A DNA stretch of 64,000 bases from assembly GCA_964016885.1 (NCBI GenBank), contig OZ024753.1, positions 8,432,001 through 8,496,000 on the forward strand. The letters are read 5' to 3'. This stretch comes from Eledone cirrhosa (taxonomy: Eukaryota). Of this stretch, positions 26,097 through 39,723 are shown piece by piece (position 1 is the first letter of the stretch; each line of letters opens with the position of its first letter). A program made the position numbers and the translations under genes. The notes beneath the pieces were generated by a model, which searched no databases, was not told the origin of the DNA, and saw only the letters and a list, made by a program, of their open reading frames with translations.

Positions 26097-26271
26097 GTGT
26101 GTGGTGTGTGTGGTGTGGTAGTGTCGTGTGAGTGTGTGTGTGGTGTGTGTGTGTGTGTGGTGTGTGTCGTGTGTGTGTGTGTGTGTGTGTGTGTCTGTGT
26201 GTGTGTGTTGTGTGTGGTCGTGTGTGAGTGTGGTGTGTTGTTATGTTATTGAGTAGTCGTATTTATGCTAG

Positions 26272-26347
<76 letters not shown>

Positions 26348-26363
26348 TCATCATCATCAATAT

Positions 26364-26697
26364 ATGGAGGCACATGGTTTAATGGTTAGAGCATTGGCCT
26401 TGCATTCGAAAGGTTGTGAGTTCAATTCTCAGACCGGGTGATGTATTGTTTCCTTGAGCAAGACACTTTATTTCACATTGCTCCAGTTTACTCAGCTGTA
26501 GAAATGAGATGATAGGGACTGGGGTCCATATCATTCCACTGTAAAGTGGACGTGTAGGCGCCACGGAAAAAAAAAAGCACCCAGCACTCACTGTAAATGA
26601 GGTTGGTGTTAGGAAGGGCATCCAGCTGTAGAAATCAAGCCAGAATCAGTTCCCATCCCACCCTTGGAAGCAGGGAAAAGCGGACGTAAAATGATGA
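26364..26697 (+). mobile_element. CORE-type SINE family A
   Basis: Full-length match. Confidence 0.85.
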
Positions 26698-26977
26698 TAT
26701 ATATATATATACATACACACATCATCATCATCATCATTTTACACATATATATATATAGCAGAAACAACAACTATAATAATAACAATAACAACAACAATGA
26801 TAATACTGGTGGTGGCAGTAATAATAATAATAATGATTTCATTTATTGGCCACAAGGGCTGGCATGTAAGGGACAATAGAAACAGTGGAGGGTTTACAAT
26901 AAACTCAAGTAAAAGTTCACAATAGCAAAACCAATTTAACAATGAAAAAATATAAAATAAACTATGTGTAAACATAA

Positions 26978-27009
<32 letters not shown>

Positions 27010-27631
27010 GATGAAGAAAAGAAGAAGATGAAGATGATGATGATGATGAATTTATGAGAACAAACTCTCAATGTTCTATTCAATAAGAATCAGATGTCAT
27101 ACTAAGGGTTAATGTCTTAACAATAAGTGGTTCTTAAGTCAGGAATCAATTTTCTATTAAATGTCTGACAGATTCACTATTTTTTTTATTATTAGTTTGA
27201 TATCCAAGTAAATCCATTACAAAACGAAGTAAACACCTCTTCAAGTAGTCTTATCTCTTCAAAATTGCTTTGGGGCAGGCAAGGTTGGGGGAAATAATTA
27301 ATTCTCTAACCCATTGTGTTATGGTGGCATCATTTAAGTCTTTGTGAGTTATTTAGTGTTATCTAGGGGAAAGTCATCCAGACTGAACTCATTTCTATCA
27401 AAGTTAAACCCATAAGAAGATTAGAATTCAGCACTGAAGGCTATCCATACATTTGTCAATTATGCATACAATGTACTTGAATGGTAATATAGACCATACT
27501 TACAAGTAGGCGTATTGAACTATTGAGAGATACCTATGTTTGTCTGGAACACAATACTTTGGTAAAATAGAAAATTTTGGGTAAAACAACAACAGATGCC
27601 ATCATAATCACATCAGTATCATTATCATTAG

Positions 27632-28022
27632 AATGGTGGATTGGCAATATCGGTAGAAGGTTGGACGCTATGCTTTGATGCATAGAGTTACGGCCCTTGC
27701 CATTCTGAGTTCGAATCCCGCCAAGGTTAACTTTGCCTTACATCCTTACGGGTGGTCGATATAATAAAGTACCAGTAATGCACTGGGTAATTGCTGGCCT
27801 TGTGCCAAAAAGTAGAAACAATTATCATTATTGCTTTGGTATTGGCAGTATCGGTAGAGGGTCGGACGCCATGCTTTGCAGCACAGTTACGTCCCTTTAC
27901 GGACTCAGTTCAAATCCCGCTGAGGTTAACTTTGCCTTTCATCCTTACGGGGTCGATAAAATAAAGTACCAGTAATACACTGGGTAATTGCTGGCCTTGT
28001 GCCAAATGTAGAAACAATTATT
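27632..28022 (+). mobile_element. Tandem pair of SINE family B
   Basis: Copies start at about 27632 and 27842. Confidence 0.85.
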
Positions 28023-28241
28023 GCTTTTACATCCGTTCTTCCACATTTGCATCGGTTGGACAGGACCTTCTCAGCACAGTATCTTTCCACTCGCTGTTTT
28101 CCTTCATCATCACTTCTGTGAGTCTCAGCGATTTGAGGTCAGCTCTCTCAACCTCTGTCCAGGCTTTTCCTTCTACTGCAGCTTCCTTCCATATATTTAT
28201 TGAATCAAATCAACCATTACTACTTGTCCTTATTATAATAT

Positions 28242-28418
28242 ATAACCCATTATCATTTAAACCACACATATCCAGCCAGAATTTTCTCACCTCCTTCTGT
28301 TCAAACCAGCCATAACTGGCCACTCATACTGACGTTAAGGTAATGTTCTTAAAATAAATAACATCAAAATCTCATAGGTTCGATATTATGTGAAATAATT
28401 ATGTAAGATAAAGCATTT

Positions 28419-28453
<35 letters not shown>

Positions 28454-28999
28454 TGATTAACGTCTATCTTCTACGCTAGCATGTGTTAGACGGGTTTGTC
28501 CCATTTACAGGCAAGTTGTGTCAGGTGACCGTGTCACGCTCATATAGGCGAGTTTCTGGCTGGTTTTCTATGGGTGGATGCCCTTCCTAACGCCAACCAC
28601 ATTGACACTGTGTGCTGGGTGCATTTTGCCGTGTCTTTTACACGTCAAATTTACAGTGTGGGCTGGGTATGTTAGGGATGGTTTTCTACAGCTGGACGCC
28701 CTTCCTAATGCCAACCACATTGACATAGTGCTGGGTGCTTTTTGTCGTGACACCTACACAATCACATTACAGTGTGGGCTGGGCACCTTTGTTGTATCAC
28801 CGGCACAACACAGTGGCTACTAGGGAGCTTGGAGGAAAAAAAGATGTGGACAGGGTAGTTGGGGGGTGGGGTATGGTTACTGCTAAGGGAGGTGAGTGAG
28901 AGGGGATAGCAGGTTGAAGAAGGTGTTGCCTACTAGGTATAAGCCTTACCACAAAAATACAATAGTCTATATTGAGTAATGTAAATGCTAAAGGGTTAA
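28242..28999 (+). mobile_element. piggyBac-type MITE split by an RTE-related retroposon (28420-28940, minus strand)
   Basis: The MITE left part ends ...GATAAAGCATTTAT and resumes TAAGCCTTACCACAAAAATAC...CTAAAGGGTTAA. The insert has a (CAT)n tail and GGATGCCCTTCCTAA motifs. Confidence 0.7.
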
Positions 29000-29099
29000 A
29001 ATGATAGACAGCAAATTGGTAGAGCTATTAGAAAATTGAATAGAATTCTTTGTGGTATTTATTCCACCCGTCTGCACTCTTCTGTTCAAATCCTGCAAC

Positions 29100-29250
29100 A
29101 TTGGTGTCAAACACCATGCTTTGCAGGATAGAGTTACGGCCCTTTACATTCTGAGTTCAAATCCCATCGGCGTCAATAAAATAAAGTACCAGTAATGCAC
29201 TGGGGGTAATTGCTGGCCTTGTGCCAAAAGTAGAAACAATTATTATTATT
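29100..29250 (+). mobile_element. SINE family B, partial
   Basis: B-box and 3' half present. Confidence 0.7.
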
Positions 29251-29904
29251 ATTTCAAACAAATTTCTCTGGCAAAGTATAGCCAGGTTCACAGAGTGAAA
29301 TAATAGGAAATATTTCGTGGATAAGGTTTTAATTGTTTTTCCTTATGTAGTTTGTATTTAATGACATTGTTTTGGCTTTCAGACAGTCCTAACGAGAAGA
29401 ATTGCTTGCCTTTGGTCTGATTCCAAGAAACTTTTATGTCTTTAAATTTCAATAAAACACTTAAGGGGAAAAGTTACATTCAATATAATGGCCTAATGTT
29501 CTGTGTAAACAATGTGTCAGTAAATGGAGGAATTTCTTTACCAGTGTGACAAATTTATGGGAACATTTTAGATAATGTTTATTTGTTTGTTGTTGTTATT
29601 GTTTTTCTTCTTTTACTTGTGTTTGATAGATATTGTTTGTAAATTCAACAACATACAATATTAATGTGACTGTGTGCATGTTTTTCATACATAAAATTTT
29701 CATTTAATAATTTCACCAAATTTCGTAAAATATACTTTGGACATTGTCAGTTTAAATTCTGTAGAAATTATAATACATAATTTGTATGAAACATGGTGCC
29801 TTCTACAGAAATTTAAACCACATCATGAACATTCAGTTAGCATTTCTAGATGCTATATTATCTTTATTGTAGAATATATTGTCCTTTGATTAATCCTTTT
29901 GAAA

Positions 29905-30057
29905 CCATGCTTTCCGGCATAATTACGTCCCTTTGTAATCTGAGTTCAAATCCCACTGAGGTTAACTTTCCCTTTCATCCTTACGGGGTCGATAAAATAA
30001 AGTACCAGTAATGCACTGGGTAATTGCTGGCCTTGTGCCAAAATTAGAAACAATTAT
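29905..30057 (+). mobile_element. SINE family B, partial
   Basis: B-box, core and tail present. Confidence 0.75.
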
Positions 30058-30289
30058 GTAAGGACCTTTGTTAAATTATACTCCAAACACTTAATAAGAA
30101 AGTTAGTTTCATTGTTTCTATCATCATGTCAAGATGACAGAAAGAAGTTAACTTATGTGGGTAACTGAAAATACACTCTTGACAGGTGCAATGTGTCCAA
30201 AACTGGAAGAGCCGAACTCACACCACCATCGCCTCCATCTATCTCGCCCTCCCCATCTCTCTGTATAATGAACAAATGGGGTCCCAAGT

Positions 30290-30525
30290 GCTGGCTGCCC
30301 CCATAGCTTCGGTGGACATAATGGAGAAGGTGTTTCCCCCAGAAAATGGTAAGGGAGATGCGCTGGAAGAGCCATTCCATCTTGCGAGGCTCACACCTAT
30401 GGCTGGCCAGCTTAGCGCCTAAGGTGGTGAGTAGGGAGGTAGCACTAGGGCCAAGGATACCACAAGTCTCCACTGCTAAGGGCACGGCCACAAACCTGTT
30501 GGAGAAGGATCAGTACTTGGAGAAA
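30290..30525 (-). mobile_element. CRE-like non-LTR retrotransposon C-terminal (restriction-like endonuclease end) relic
   Basis: KY...FVAVPLAVETCGILG.SA..LL..LG.KL.....EPR...WLFQRISL.I..GN, matching the FxPxAxETxG...QRxSxAIxRGN motif of CRE-clade elements; contains a stop and a frameshift. Confidence 0.7.
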
Positions 30526-30779
30526 GTTAGTTATATTATTAAATCCCTCCAAATTCTTTATTGTTTCCGAAATTATTTGAAAATCGTAGGCAGTGTCTTT
30601 CATTACAAATACTGCAATGAAAGGTTAATGTCCCTATTTTAGGGACAATAGAAAGTTACTTTAATGATAGTACTACATTGAGCTGGATAAAAGTTCCTAT
30701 ACCCCACTTTGGCTTATATGATAATTTAACATGATGGTTTTCTTGTTCTAATTGATTCCTAGTCAAGAGTAGGTAGACA

Positions 30780-31004
30780 TTAACCCTATAGCATTTAAAC
30801 TGGCCTTATCCGGCCAAATTTTCTCACATTTTTCTGTTCAAACTGGCCATTACTGGCTGCTCATACTTATGTTAAGGTATTGTTCTCAAAATAAATATTA
30901 AAATCTCATAGATTCATATTATGTGAGATAATTATGTGAAATGAAGCCTTTATTGTGAAATATATAATATTAAATATAGAGTAATGTAAATGCTAAAGGG
31001 TTAA
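30780..31004 (+). mobile_element. piggyBac-type MITE monomer
   Basis: TTAA-CCCTATAGCATTTA...TAAATGCTAAAGGG-TTAA. Confidence 0.85.
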
Positions 31005-32329
31005 TGGCCAAAACACTTGCTTGAGAGGGTTTCTTCTCTGAAGACCTGCTATCCAGTTTTTCTGAGCGATTCTTACCACTTGATATAGTTAAATTAGAGA
31101 TCTAATGTTGCTGAATGTGTGAATAGTAGAAATGTTTGAATTATATTTTAAATTAAACATAATTACTCCCTTATTCCAAAAGGTGTGGCAGAAATTATAT
31201 TTCTTACTTGTGTCTATTGGATATTACAAGGTAAGTAACTGAGATATTGTCACAGAGGAAAATGTTTAAGTATCTAACTACTTCACCAAGTCTTCACTAC
31301 CTACATTCTATCTACTACAATAGATTTCTTTCCCATCTGATTATTTAATAAATGAACTAAAGTTAATTAAGACAGTTTTTTATTGAAAAGATAAGAATTG
31401 TGTCTGAACATGAAACTTAAAATAAATAAGAAAATTTGCGTAGTAGTCTAGATTATTGAAAATGCTTTACACATAGTAGAGCAGTTAAAGAAGAGAATCA
31501 GGTCTAAAAGAAATTTAAGAGAGTAATATATCATTTCACCATATCACAAACAAGACGCAGTGATCAGTGATCGTTAAAAATTATTGGCATCTTATTAATT
31601 TAGATTTGTTCTTTTCAATTGATTAAATCATTTTCTTGTCTAGTTCTGGGTTTCAAAAATAATCCTAGGTTTCAGCTATGATTATTGTTAACCAATAGGT
31701 TACTGTTAACATCTTACTTGTAGAGAAGAGAGAGATGTCTATAAATATGGCGAGATCAATAAAAGCACTTGTGTTACACCATAAAAACAAAACAAATAAT
31801 GTAATCAGTCAAAAAACTAGAAGATACTAAGGAACGCATCTCTTGAGGGAGGGAAACAATCTAGAGTCTGCTGATTTAATTCTTGGGAATCTGGTCATTT
31901 TCAAAGAAGGAAAACAAAAGGAAAAGAAAGATTTAAAAATCAAAAAAAGAAAGAAAATCTCAGTGACTTCCAGTAGTAATTTAGCAGACATGATAAATAT
32001 TGTGTGTACATCTAATTCATCAGGTTTTGCTAGTATTAGCCACGTTCAATTTTTATTTTCTTTTATATAATTGATGATAATGCTTGGTTGAGATGCTTGA
32101 CACTTCTCAGTCAAAGTTTCTTTTTCATATTCAAAAAGAAAGAAAGCAAAAAGATTTATTTTTAACTCTACAAGGCCTGACTAAAGATAATGTAAGACCT
32201 GAAAAGATTTAACAGATTTTTATTCTAATGAATTCAAGACAGGATTACTGAGTCAACAAGATATGGAACTACCAGATACAAGCCAGACTGACCGACTACA
32301 ACTATCCTGTCACAGCTCCACACCTTGGC

Positions 32330-32551
32330 TTAACTCTTTTCCATTTCTCTATATTTAATACTGTATTTTCACAGTTAACACTTTATCTCATATAATTATC
32401 TCACATGATATCGAATCTATGAGATTTTGATATATTTATTTTGAGAACAATACCTTAATGTCAGTATGAACAGCCAGATATGGCCAGTTTGAACAGAAAG
32501 AGATGAGAGAATTCTGGCCTGATATGGCTGGTTTAAATGCTAAAGGGTTAT
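32330..32551 (-). mobile_element. piggyBac-type MITE monomer
   Basis: Body and one clean TIR match the family. Confidence 0.75.
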
Positions 32552-32851
32552 GACATTTTGCAAGTCTTTCTTACAAAGCTGTACATTAGTACCATAGAGT
32601 GCTCTAGTTTACTTTTGTCTGTACTGACAACACATGAAATGTCATGGATTCGCTATACTGAGTCTGAGTTCATCTCCTTCTCTAGGCATAACGAGAAAGA
32701 GGGCTAAATTCCACTAGTCGTACTCCTAAGTTAAGTGGTAGGCCAACACTCTAAAAGTTACAAATACACAAGCTAATATTAGCTTCATAATTTTCTGAAT
32801 ATTGTGACTTCTATTGCATTTGACTATACATTTATATATAGGTAGTTATGT

Positions 32852-33185
32852 CAGGTTAGGTTTATGCCTCCTACTGGTACCATGTAGCCCGGTACAAGCT
32901 GTTTCAGGTCATGTGGTTGGCTGTGGTTGGCAACTAAACCAGCTCCACACCAGAGCATGGTCTGGTGAGGATGGTAAGTGGAACCCCGGCAGATGAACTT
33001 CTCAGAGTCAACAGCCATCTACACCAACTATGTGTTAAATAGCCTCACCAACTAGCAATTGACCAAGTATGGTCAGTACAGCTACATCCCTGAAGATCTG
33101 ACCAAAACCAAACAGAAAGCAGTGGTGGTCAACCAGGGAGGGGGTGTCCCCCAACAAGAGAGAGAAGCCACTAGATTGGATTAGA
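32852..33185 (+). mobile_element. Short RTE-type retroposon family C (divergent member)
   Basis: Leader CAGGT...TACTGGTACCATGTAGCCCGGTACAA...GGCAACTAAACCAG; ends CTAGATTGGATTAGA like the 41511 copy. Confidence 0.6.
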
Positions 33186-33264
33186 GATTTGTCAACTGTT
33201 TTATCTATAGAGACTGAGTAGAGACATGCAGGCAGTGTAAACCATGTTCATCATGGCATCTACT

Positions 33265-33930
33265 TTACTAGCTAGTTTCTTCTTGTGATGCTAAACTCTG
33301 CCAGCTGCAGACTGTGCATTAACATGTGATATCTCTCTCCACAAAGATCGATCACCACCAGCAGAGTTTCAAGAGCAAAGATCAAGTCCAGTCCATAAGT
33401 TGACATTATCAAGCCATCGTTTTGGCTGCTGGCCTCTGCTTCTCTCACCAGCCAACCTTCCTTCCAGGAATATATAATACCTTTCGATCACCAACAGCAG
33501 AGTTTAAAGAGCAAAGATCAAGTCCAGTCCATAAGTTGACATTGTCAAGCCATCGTTTTGGCTGCCGGCCTCTGCTTCTCTTACCAGCCAACCTTCCTTC
33601 CAGGCATAACCTATTCACACCACGAGTTGATATTTTTATATGACCATATAGTTTGATTACTCTTGACTTGACAATTGTTGTAAATGGTCTAAGAAAGTAC
33701 TAACATCAAAATGAGTTTCCTATCATTTGAAGGCTAAGATCTTTGATACTTACATCCTACCAGTTGTGTTATATGGTCTTGACTGTGTTAATTAGACGAC
33801 AAGGTCACTTCAGAAGCTCTCTACATTCCAGAACCACATCATGAGACTTATGACTAGCAAGCGGCTCAGCGACCGTATCTGTCTCAATGAGCTGCTCAAC
33901 ATTACCAAACTTAGACCAATTACTAGCTAG
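33265..33930 (-). mobile_element. RTE LINE insertion with 5' inversion and internal ~137-bp duplication
   Basis: Minus part: KLYGHIK...LEGRL...SRGRQPKRWLDNV..WTG. Plus part (33680-33925): LKAKIFDTYILPVVLYG...LSTFQNHIMR. Flanked by TTACTAGCTAG at 33265 and 33920. Confidence 0.75.
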
Positions 33931-34339
33931 CTATGTGGCTCTTATTCAGATCATAGTCACAATATTTTTCTTTGTACAATATAACGACTGTATTCAGTTT
34001 TTATTCAGAATAATACTCATCCAATTTTTTTCTACTACATCTAGAATTGTCTGTGTAAAAAGGGGACATATGATACTCCATCTTTGATAATTACTGTATC
34101 GCTCCCCAATGTGTGTGTGTGACTCCTTCCGTCATTCTTGTGTTAAAACCTATATTTTCTGTTGTGTAAATGTCACTTTTTGTTATCGATCGATCCAGTT
34201 GTCGCTGTATTCATTATTGCTGTTACCATTGTCATTGTTCCTCCTCCTTGTCCCCCTCCAACTCCCTCTCCTCTTCCTCTTCCTGTTGTGGGTAATATAT
34301 GCATATATATATATTGCTTACTGCACCGTCCATTGTTCT

Positions 34340-35045
34340 CTTGTGCTCTCTCTCTCTCTCTCTCTCTCATGTTCCCTGTCTGTCTCCCTCTCCCTCTCTC
34401 TCTCTCTCACTCTCTCTCTCTCTCACACACACACTCTCGCTTTCTTTTGCTTTCTTTCTGTCTCCATCTCCTTCTCACACACACTTTCATGCTCTCTCTC
34501 TCTCATTCACTTTCTCTCTGTTATGCTCTCTAACACGCACTCTCTCTCATGGTCTCTAACACTCTCTCCCTCTCTCTCTCTCTAACACTCTCTCCCTCTC
34601 TCTCTCTAACACTCTCTCCCCCTCTCTCTCTCTAACACACTCTCCCTCTCTCTCTCTCTCTCTCATGCTCTCTAACACACACTCTCTCATGCTCTCTAAC
34701 TCTCTCTAACACACACTCTCTCATGCTCTCTAACTCTCTCTAACACACACTCTCTCTTTCTCTCACACTTGCTCTCTCTCTCTCACTCTCTTTCACACAC
34801 TCTCTCTCTCTCTTTCACACACTCTCTCTCTCTCTCACACACTCTCTGTCTCTCACACACTCTCTGTCTCTCACACTCTCTCTCTCTCACACTCTCTCAC
34901 ATTCTCTCTCTCACACTCTCTCTCACACACTCACTCTCTCTCACTCACACTCTCTCCCTCTCAGACTCACTCTCTATCTCACTTGCTCTCTCTCTCTCTC
35001 ACACACTCTCTCTCATATGCTCTCTAACTCTCTCCCCCTCTCTAT
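34340..35045. repeat. (CT)n/(CA)n compound microsatellite
   Basis: Simple sequence. Confidence 0.95.
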
Positions 35046-35149
35046 CATATGACCAAACACCTTATACTGTGTTTGATATTGTATTGAAATGTTGTTGTAA
35101 ATGTAGTTGTTGTTGTTCTGTTGTCTATATATATATATATATATACATA

Positions 35150-35218
<69 letters not shown>

Positions 35219-35385
35219 CATTTATACATTCTTCATCTATAACTGGTCGCTGTAAACACCCAGCTCTCTCTATCTTGTATATATCTGCATATACACACAC
35301 ATATATATATATGTATATATATATGTGTATATATATATGTATATATATATATATATATACATACATATATATATATATGCATCTG

Positions 35386-35417
<32 letters not shown>

Positions 35418-35423
35418 CATACA

Positions 35424-35458
<35 letters not shown>

Positions 35459-35465
35459 GCATCTG

Positions 35466-35526
<61 letters not shown>

Positions 35527-35527
<1 letters not shown>

Positions 35528-36418
35528 GAGTCAAAAGGACTTAAAATTAACCTGGCTAAGACCAAAGTTCTAGTTTGTAGGAAAGAAAACAAGGCGGCGG
35601 TCCCTTCTGGGAAATGGTCGTGCTCGGTATGTAGGAAAGGCGTAGGTAGAAACTCCATCTTATGTCCTAAATGCAAAGTATGGGTGCATAAAAGATGTAG
35701 TGGGATCACAGGTAAGCTAACTAAGAACATAGACTTTACATGTGGCCGGTGTTCTGGTGCAATAAGTAGCAGCAAGTGCCCACAAAATACTAGCTCTTTC
35801 AATTGCGCAGAGGGTTCTATAGAAATAGTGGACAGCTTCCGTTACCTGGGCGATAAAATCAGCAGTGGGGGAGGGTGCTCTGAAAGTACTGTAGCTAGAG
35901 TCAGAACTGGTTGGAAAAAGTTCAGAGAGCTTATACCACTATTAGCTGCAAAAGGGTTCTCCCTAAAAATGAAAGGCAGGTTGTACGATGCCTGCATACG
36001 AACAGCAATGTTGCATGGTAGTGAGACCTGGGCATTGTGTGCAGAGGATATACGCAGACTAGAGAGGAACGAAGCTTGCATGCTCCGCTGGATGTGTAAC
36101 AGTAATATACGTGAACGGCAAAGCATAAACGAACTAAGGAAAAAATTAGAGATAAGAGGGATCAGATGTTGTTTACTCGAGAGAAGGCTGCGTTGGTATG
36201 GACACGTGATGCGCATGAAAGTCGATAGCTGTATTACAAAGTGCAGGGCAATAAAGATAGACGGTAGCCACGGAATAGGCAGACCTAGAAAAACATGGGA
36301 TGAGCTGATAAACTCCGACCTCACACACTTACACCTCTCCAAGACAATGTCACTGGACCGTGACCTTTGGCGGTACTCAGTAACAGAGAAGACCCGCCTT
36401 GCCAGTAGGCATATCTAA
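35527..36418 (+). pseudogene. RTE-clade LINE ORF, C-terminal ~297 codons (end of RT with embedded PHD-type zinc finger)
   Basis: [12 protein letters not shown], then C-x2-C...C-x2-C-x4-H-x2-C...C-x2-C, then VDSFRYLG...[13 protein letters not shown]...LHGSETW...[10 protein letters not shown]...GRPRKTW. Open frame, 5'-truncated at (TA)n. Confidence 0.88.
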
Positions 36419-36771
36419 CAAAATACACCCCTCCCGCCGCCACCCCCACCCCATCCACACCACCCCGTTCTATGTAAAGTTATGTTGGTGCCGCGCCATC
36501 CAGGCCGAAACAAATGAGATCGTGTAGGTGTCACGACAAAAAAACACACAGTCCACGCTGTAATGTGGCCGTGTAGGCAACACGGTAAAAACCTCCCAGA
36601 CCCACACTGTAAATGTGGTTGGTGTTAGGAAGGGCATCCAACTGTAGAAAACCTGCCAGACAGTCCTATGCGAGCAAGACAATCACTCTTGCCTCAAGTG
36701 GGACTACCCCCGTCCAAACCCATGCAAGCGTGGAACACGGACGTTAAACGTTGATGATGATGATGATGATG
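35527..36771 (+). mobile_element. 5'-truncated RTE LINE including 3' UTR and (GAT)n tail
   Basis: The ORF above plus a 3' UTR shared with 17200-17585 and 6595-6842. Confidence 0.88.
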
Positions 36772-36773
36772 AT

Positions 36774-36814
<41 letters not shown>

Positions 36815-36972
36815 TATATATATATATATATGTATATATATGCATGCATATGCATATATATATATATATGTGTGTGTGTGTATATAATTTAATGTAATGT
36901 CCAATTCCCCACCTCTCTCTCTCTCTGTATATATATCTATATATATATATATATATAGATATATATAGATAT

Positions 36973-37005
<33 letters not shown>

Positions 37006-37067
37006 TATATATAGATATATATATAGATATAATATAAGATCAAAAGATGGTTAAAGGAGTTCCATGT

Positions 37068-37136
37068 ATTTTATTATGCGCATTTCAAAAACAAACATCA
37101 TCATGCAATAATATTTGTGTTTTCATCAGATAAAAC
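37068..37136 (-). ncRNA. Type-I hammerhead ribozyme (mirror copy)
   Basis: Reverse complement of 37257-37325. Confidence 0.7.
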
Positions 37137-37256
37137 AGGAGAACATGATATGAAGGCTAAAAAACACTTGTGGATAGTGCAGTTTTAAATCAACATATGT
37201 TGATTTAAAACTGCACTATCCACAAGTGTTTTTTAGCCTTCATATCATGTTCTCCT

Positions 37257-37325
37257 GTTTTATCTGATGAAAACACAAATATTATTGCATGATGATGTTT
37301 GTTTTTGAAATGCGCATAATAAAAT
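37257..37325 (+). ncRNA. Type-I hammerhead ribozyme
   Basis: Identical to 22925-22993. Confidence 0.72.
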
Positions 37326-37450
37326 ACATGGAACTCCTTTAACCATCTTTTGATCTTATATTATGTATACTCCAGTCCTACAAACTGTAGAGTGCTTCTT
37401 ATCCGATATCTGCATTGCTTTATTGTACTACAATAAAACTCACCTCCTAC

Positions 37451-37502
<52 letters not shown>

Positions 37503-37606
37503 TATATATACTCACATATACATTAATATACATACTCACACTTCTGCATGTATCTTGTTCTCTATGTTATGGTCTGTTCCTATTGTTTACTGCACTGTCT
37601 GTCATT

Positions 37607-38538
37607 CCACACCACCACCACCATCACCCACCACCACCACCATCACCACCACCACCACCATCACCACTACCACCACCAGCATCATCACCACCACCACCCA
37701 TCACCACCACCACCACCACTACCACCACCACCACCACCACTACCACCACTAGCATCATCACCACCACCACTAGCATCATCACCACCACCACCACCACCAC
37801 CACCACCATCACCGCCACCTACCACCACCACCACCACCTACCACCACCACCACCATCACCACCACCACCACAACCCACCACCACCACCCATCACCACGCA
37901 ACCACCACCACCCATCACCACACCACCACCACCACCACCACCCCCATCACCACCACCACCCATCACCACTACCACCACCAGCATCATCTCCACCACCACC
38001 ACCCCCATGACCACCACCACCCATCACCACCACCACCACCCATCACCACTACCGCCACCACCACTACCACCACTACCACCACCACTACCACCACTAGCAT
38101 CATCACCACCACTACCACCACCACCACCACCACATATCACCACCACCACCACCACCACCACCACCACCTATCACAGCCACCACCACCACCACCACCACCA
38201 TCACCATCACCACCACCACCACCACCACCACCACCCATCACCACCACCACCACCACCACCACCACCACCATCACCACCACCACCACCATCACCACCACCA
38301 CCACCATCACCACCACCACCACCATCACCACCACCACCATCACCACCACCACCACCACCCACCACCACCACCACTACCACCACCACCACCACCATCACCA
38401 CCACCACCACCACCCACCACCACCACCACCACCACCCACCACCACCACCATCACCACCACCACCACCATCACCACCACCACCATCACCACCCACCACCAC
38501 CACCACTACCACCACCACCACCACCACCATCACCACCT
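37607..38538. repeat. (CAC)n trinucleotide array
   Basis: Simple sequence; source of the poly-Pro/His/Thr ORFs. Confidence 0.95.
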
Positions 38539-38685
38539 TTGACTGCCCTCCAATTCTCCTCACTCTGTAATACATCATTATGTTATCTAAAGCATATTTC
38601 ATGCTGTGTTTCAAATGTTTGTATATTCATTTTGTTGTTGTTGTTGGTGTTGCTGCTTTGTGATTTGGGGTTTGAAAATAAATAC

Positions 38686-38746
<61 letters not shown>

Positions 38747-38931
38747 CATATATATATACACATGTATGCACACATATTTATATGCATATATACATGCATA
38801 TATATATATATATAAATATATATACACATATTTATATACACATACATAGGAATAAATATATGTACACATATTCATATACGCATACATATATATGAATAAA
38901 TATATATACACATATTTACATACACACACAC

Positions 38932-38963
<32 letters not shown>

Positions 38964-38984
38964 ATATATTTAGCATGTGAGAGT

Positions 38985-39046
<62 letters not shown>

Positions 39047-39634
39047 AATATACACATGCAAGAGCACACATATATATATGTATATATGTATATATATGTA
39101 TATATAATATGTTTTCTGCCATAAATAAGCTCCATTCCCATTATTCCCTTAGCCCATTATTGCTGTTATCCTCATTTTAATGTGACCACGTCGTATGTTG
39201 ATGTTCATTTGAAAAATCACAATCGTGTTAAGCAACCAATTTTCATCTTAAAACAAATTGGAAAAATATCTTGACTTTCAGTGTTTTGTTATGTAAATAT
39301 TTGTTAGATCCAGCTTCCTGTATGGATTATGTAACTTTTGTAAGAATTCCACCCCTTATTGTTCTTAATGTTATTTTGAATTATCCTGTGATTTGTTACA
39401 TGTAATAGCAAATGTATTTTGCTGTATGTTGTGCTATTTCAATTATTATTTGTACTTTGTTATCATATTGTGTTTTTATGTAATTATTTGTTTCATTCTA
39501 TTCTATTCTGTTCTGTTCTGTTCTGTTATATTCTGTTCTGTTATATTCTGTTCTGTTTATAAATGAATATTATTCCTATATTCCTTACATTCAATTTGAT
39601 TCTGTTTATAAGAATTATTATTATCACACATATA

Positions 39635-39681
<47 letters not shown>

Positions 39682-39692
39682 TTATTTATTTA

Positions 39693-39723
<31 letters not shown>

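Larger units (their letters stand above)
37031..37452. mobile_element. Perfect ~332-bp palindrome plus tail: Penelope-type fold-back insert
   Basis: Spacerless palindrome centred on CAACATATGTTG (~37196); same family as 22744-23120; in TA-rich microsatellite. Confidence 0.82.
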
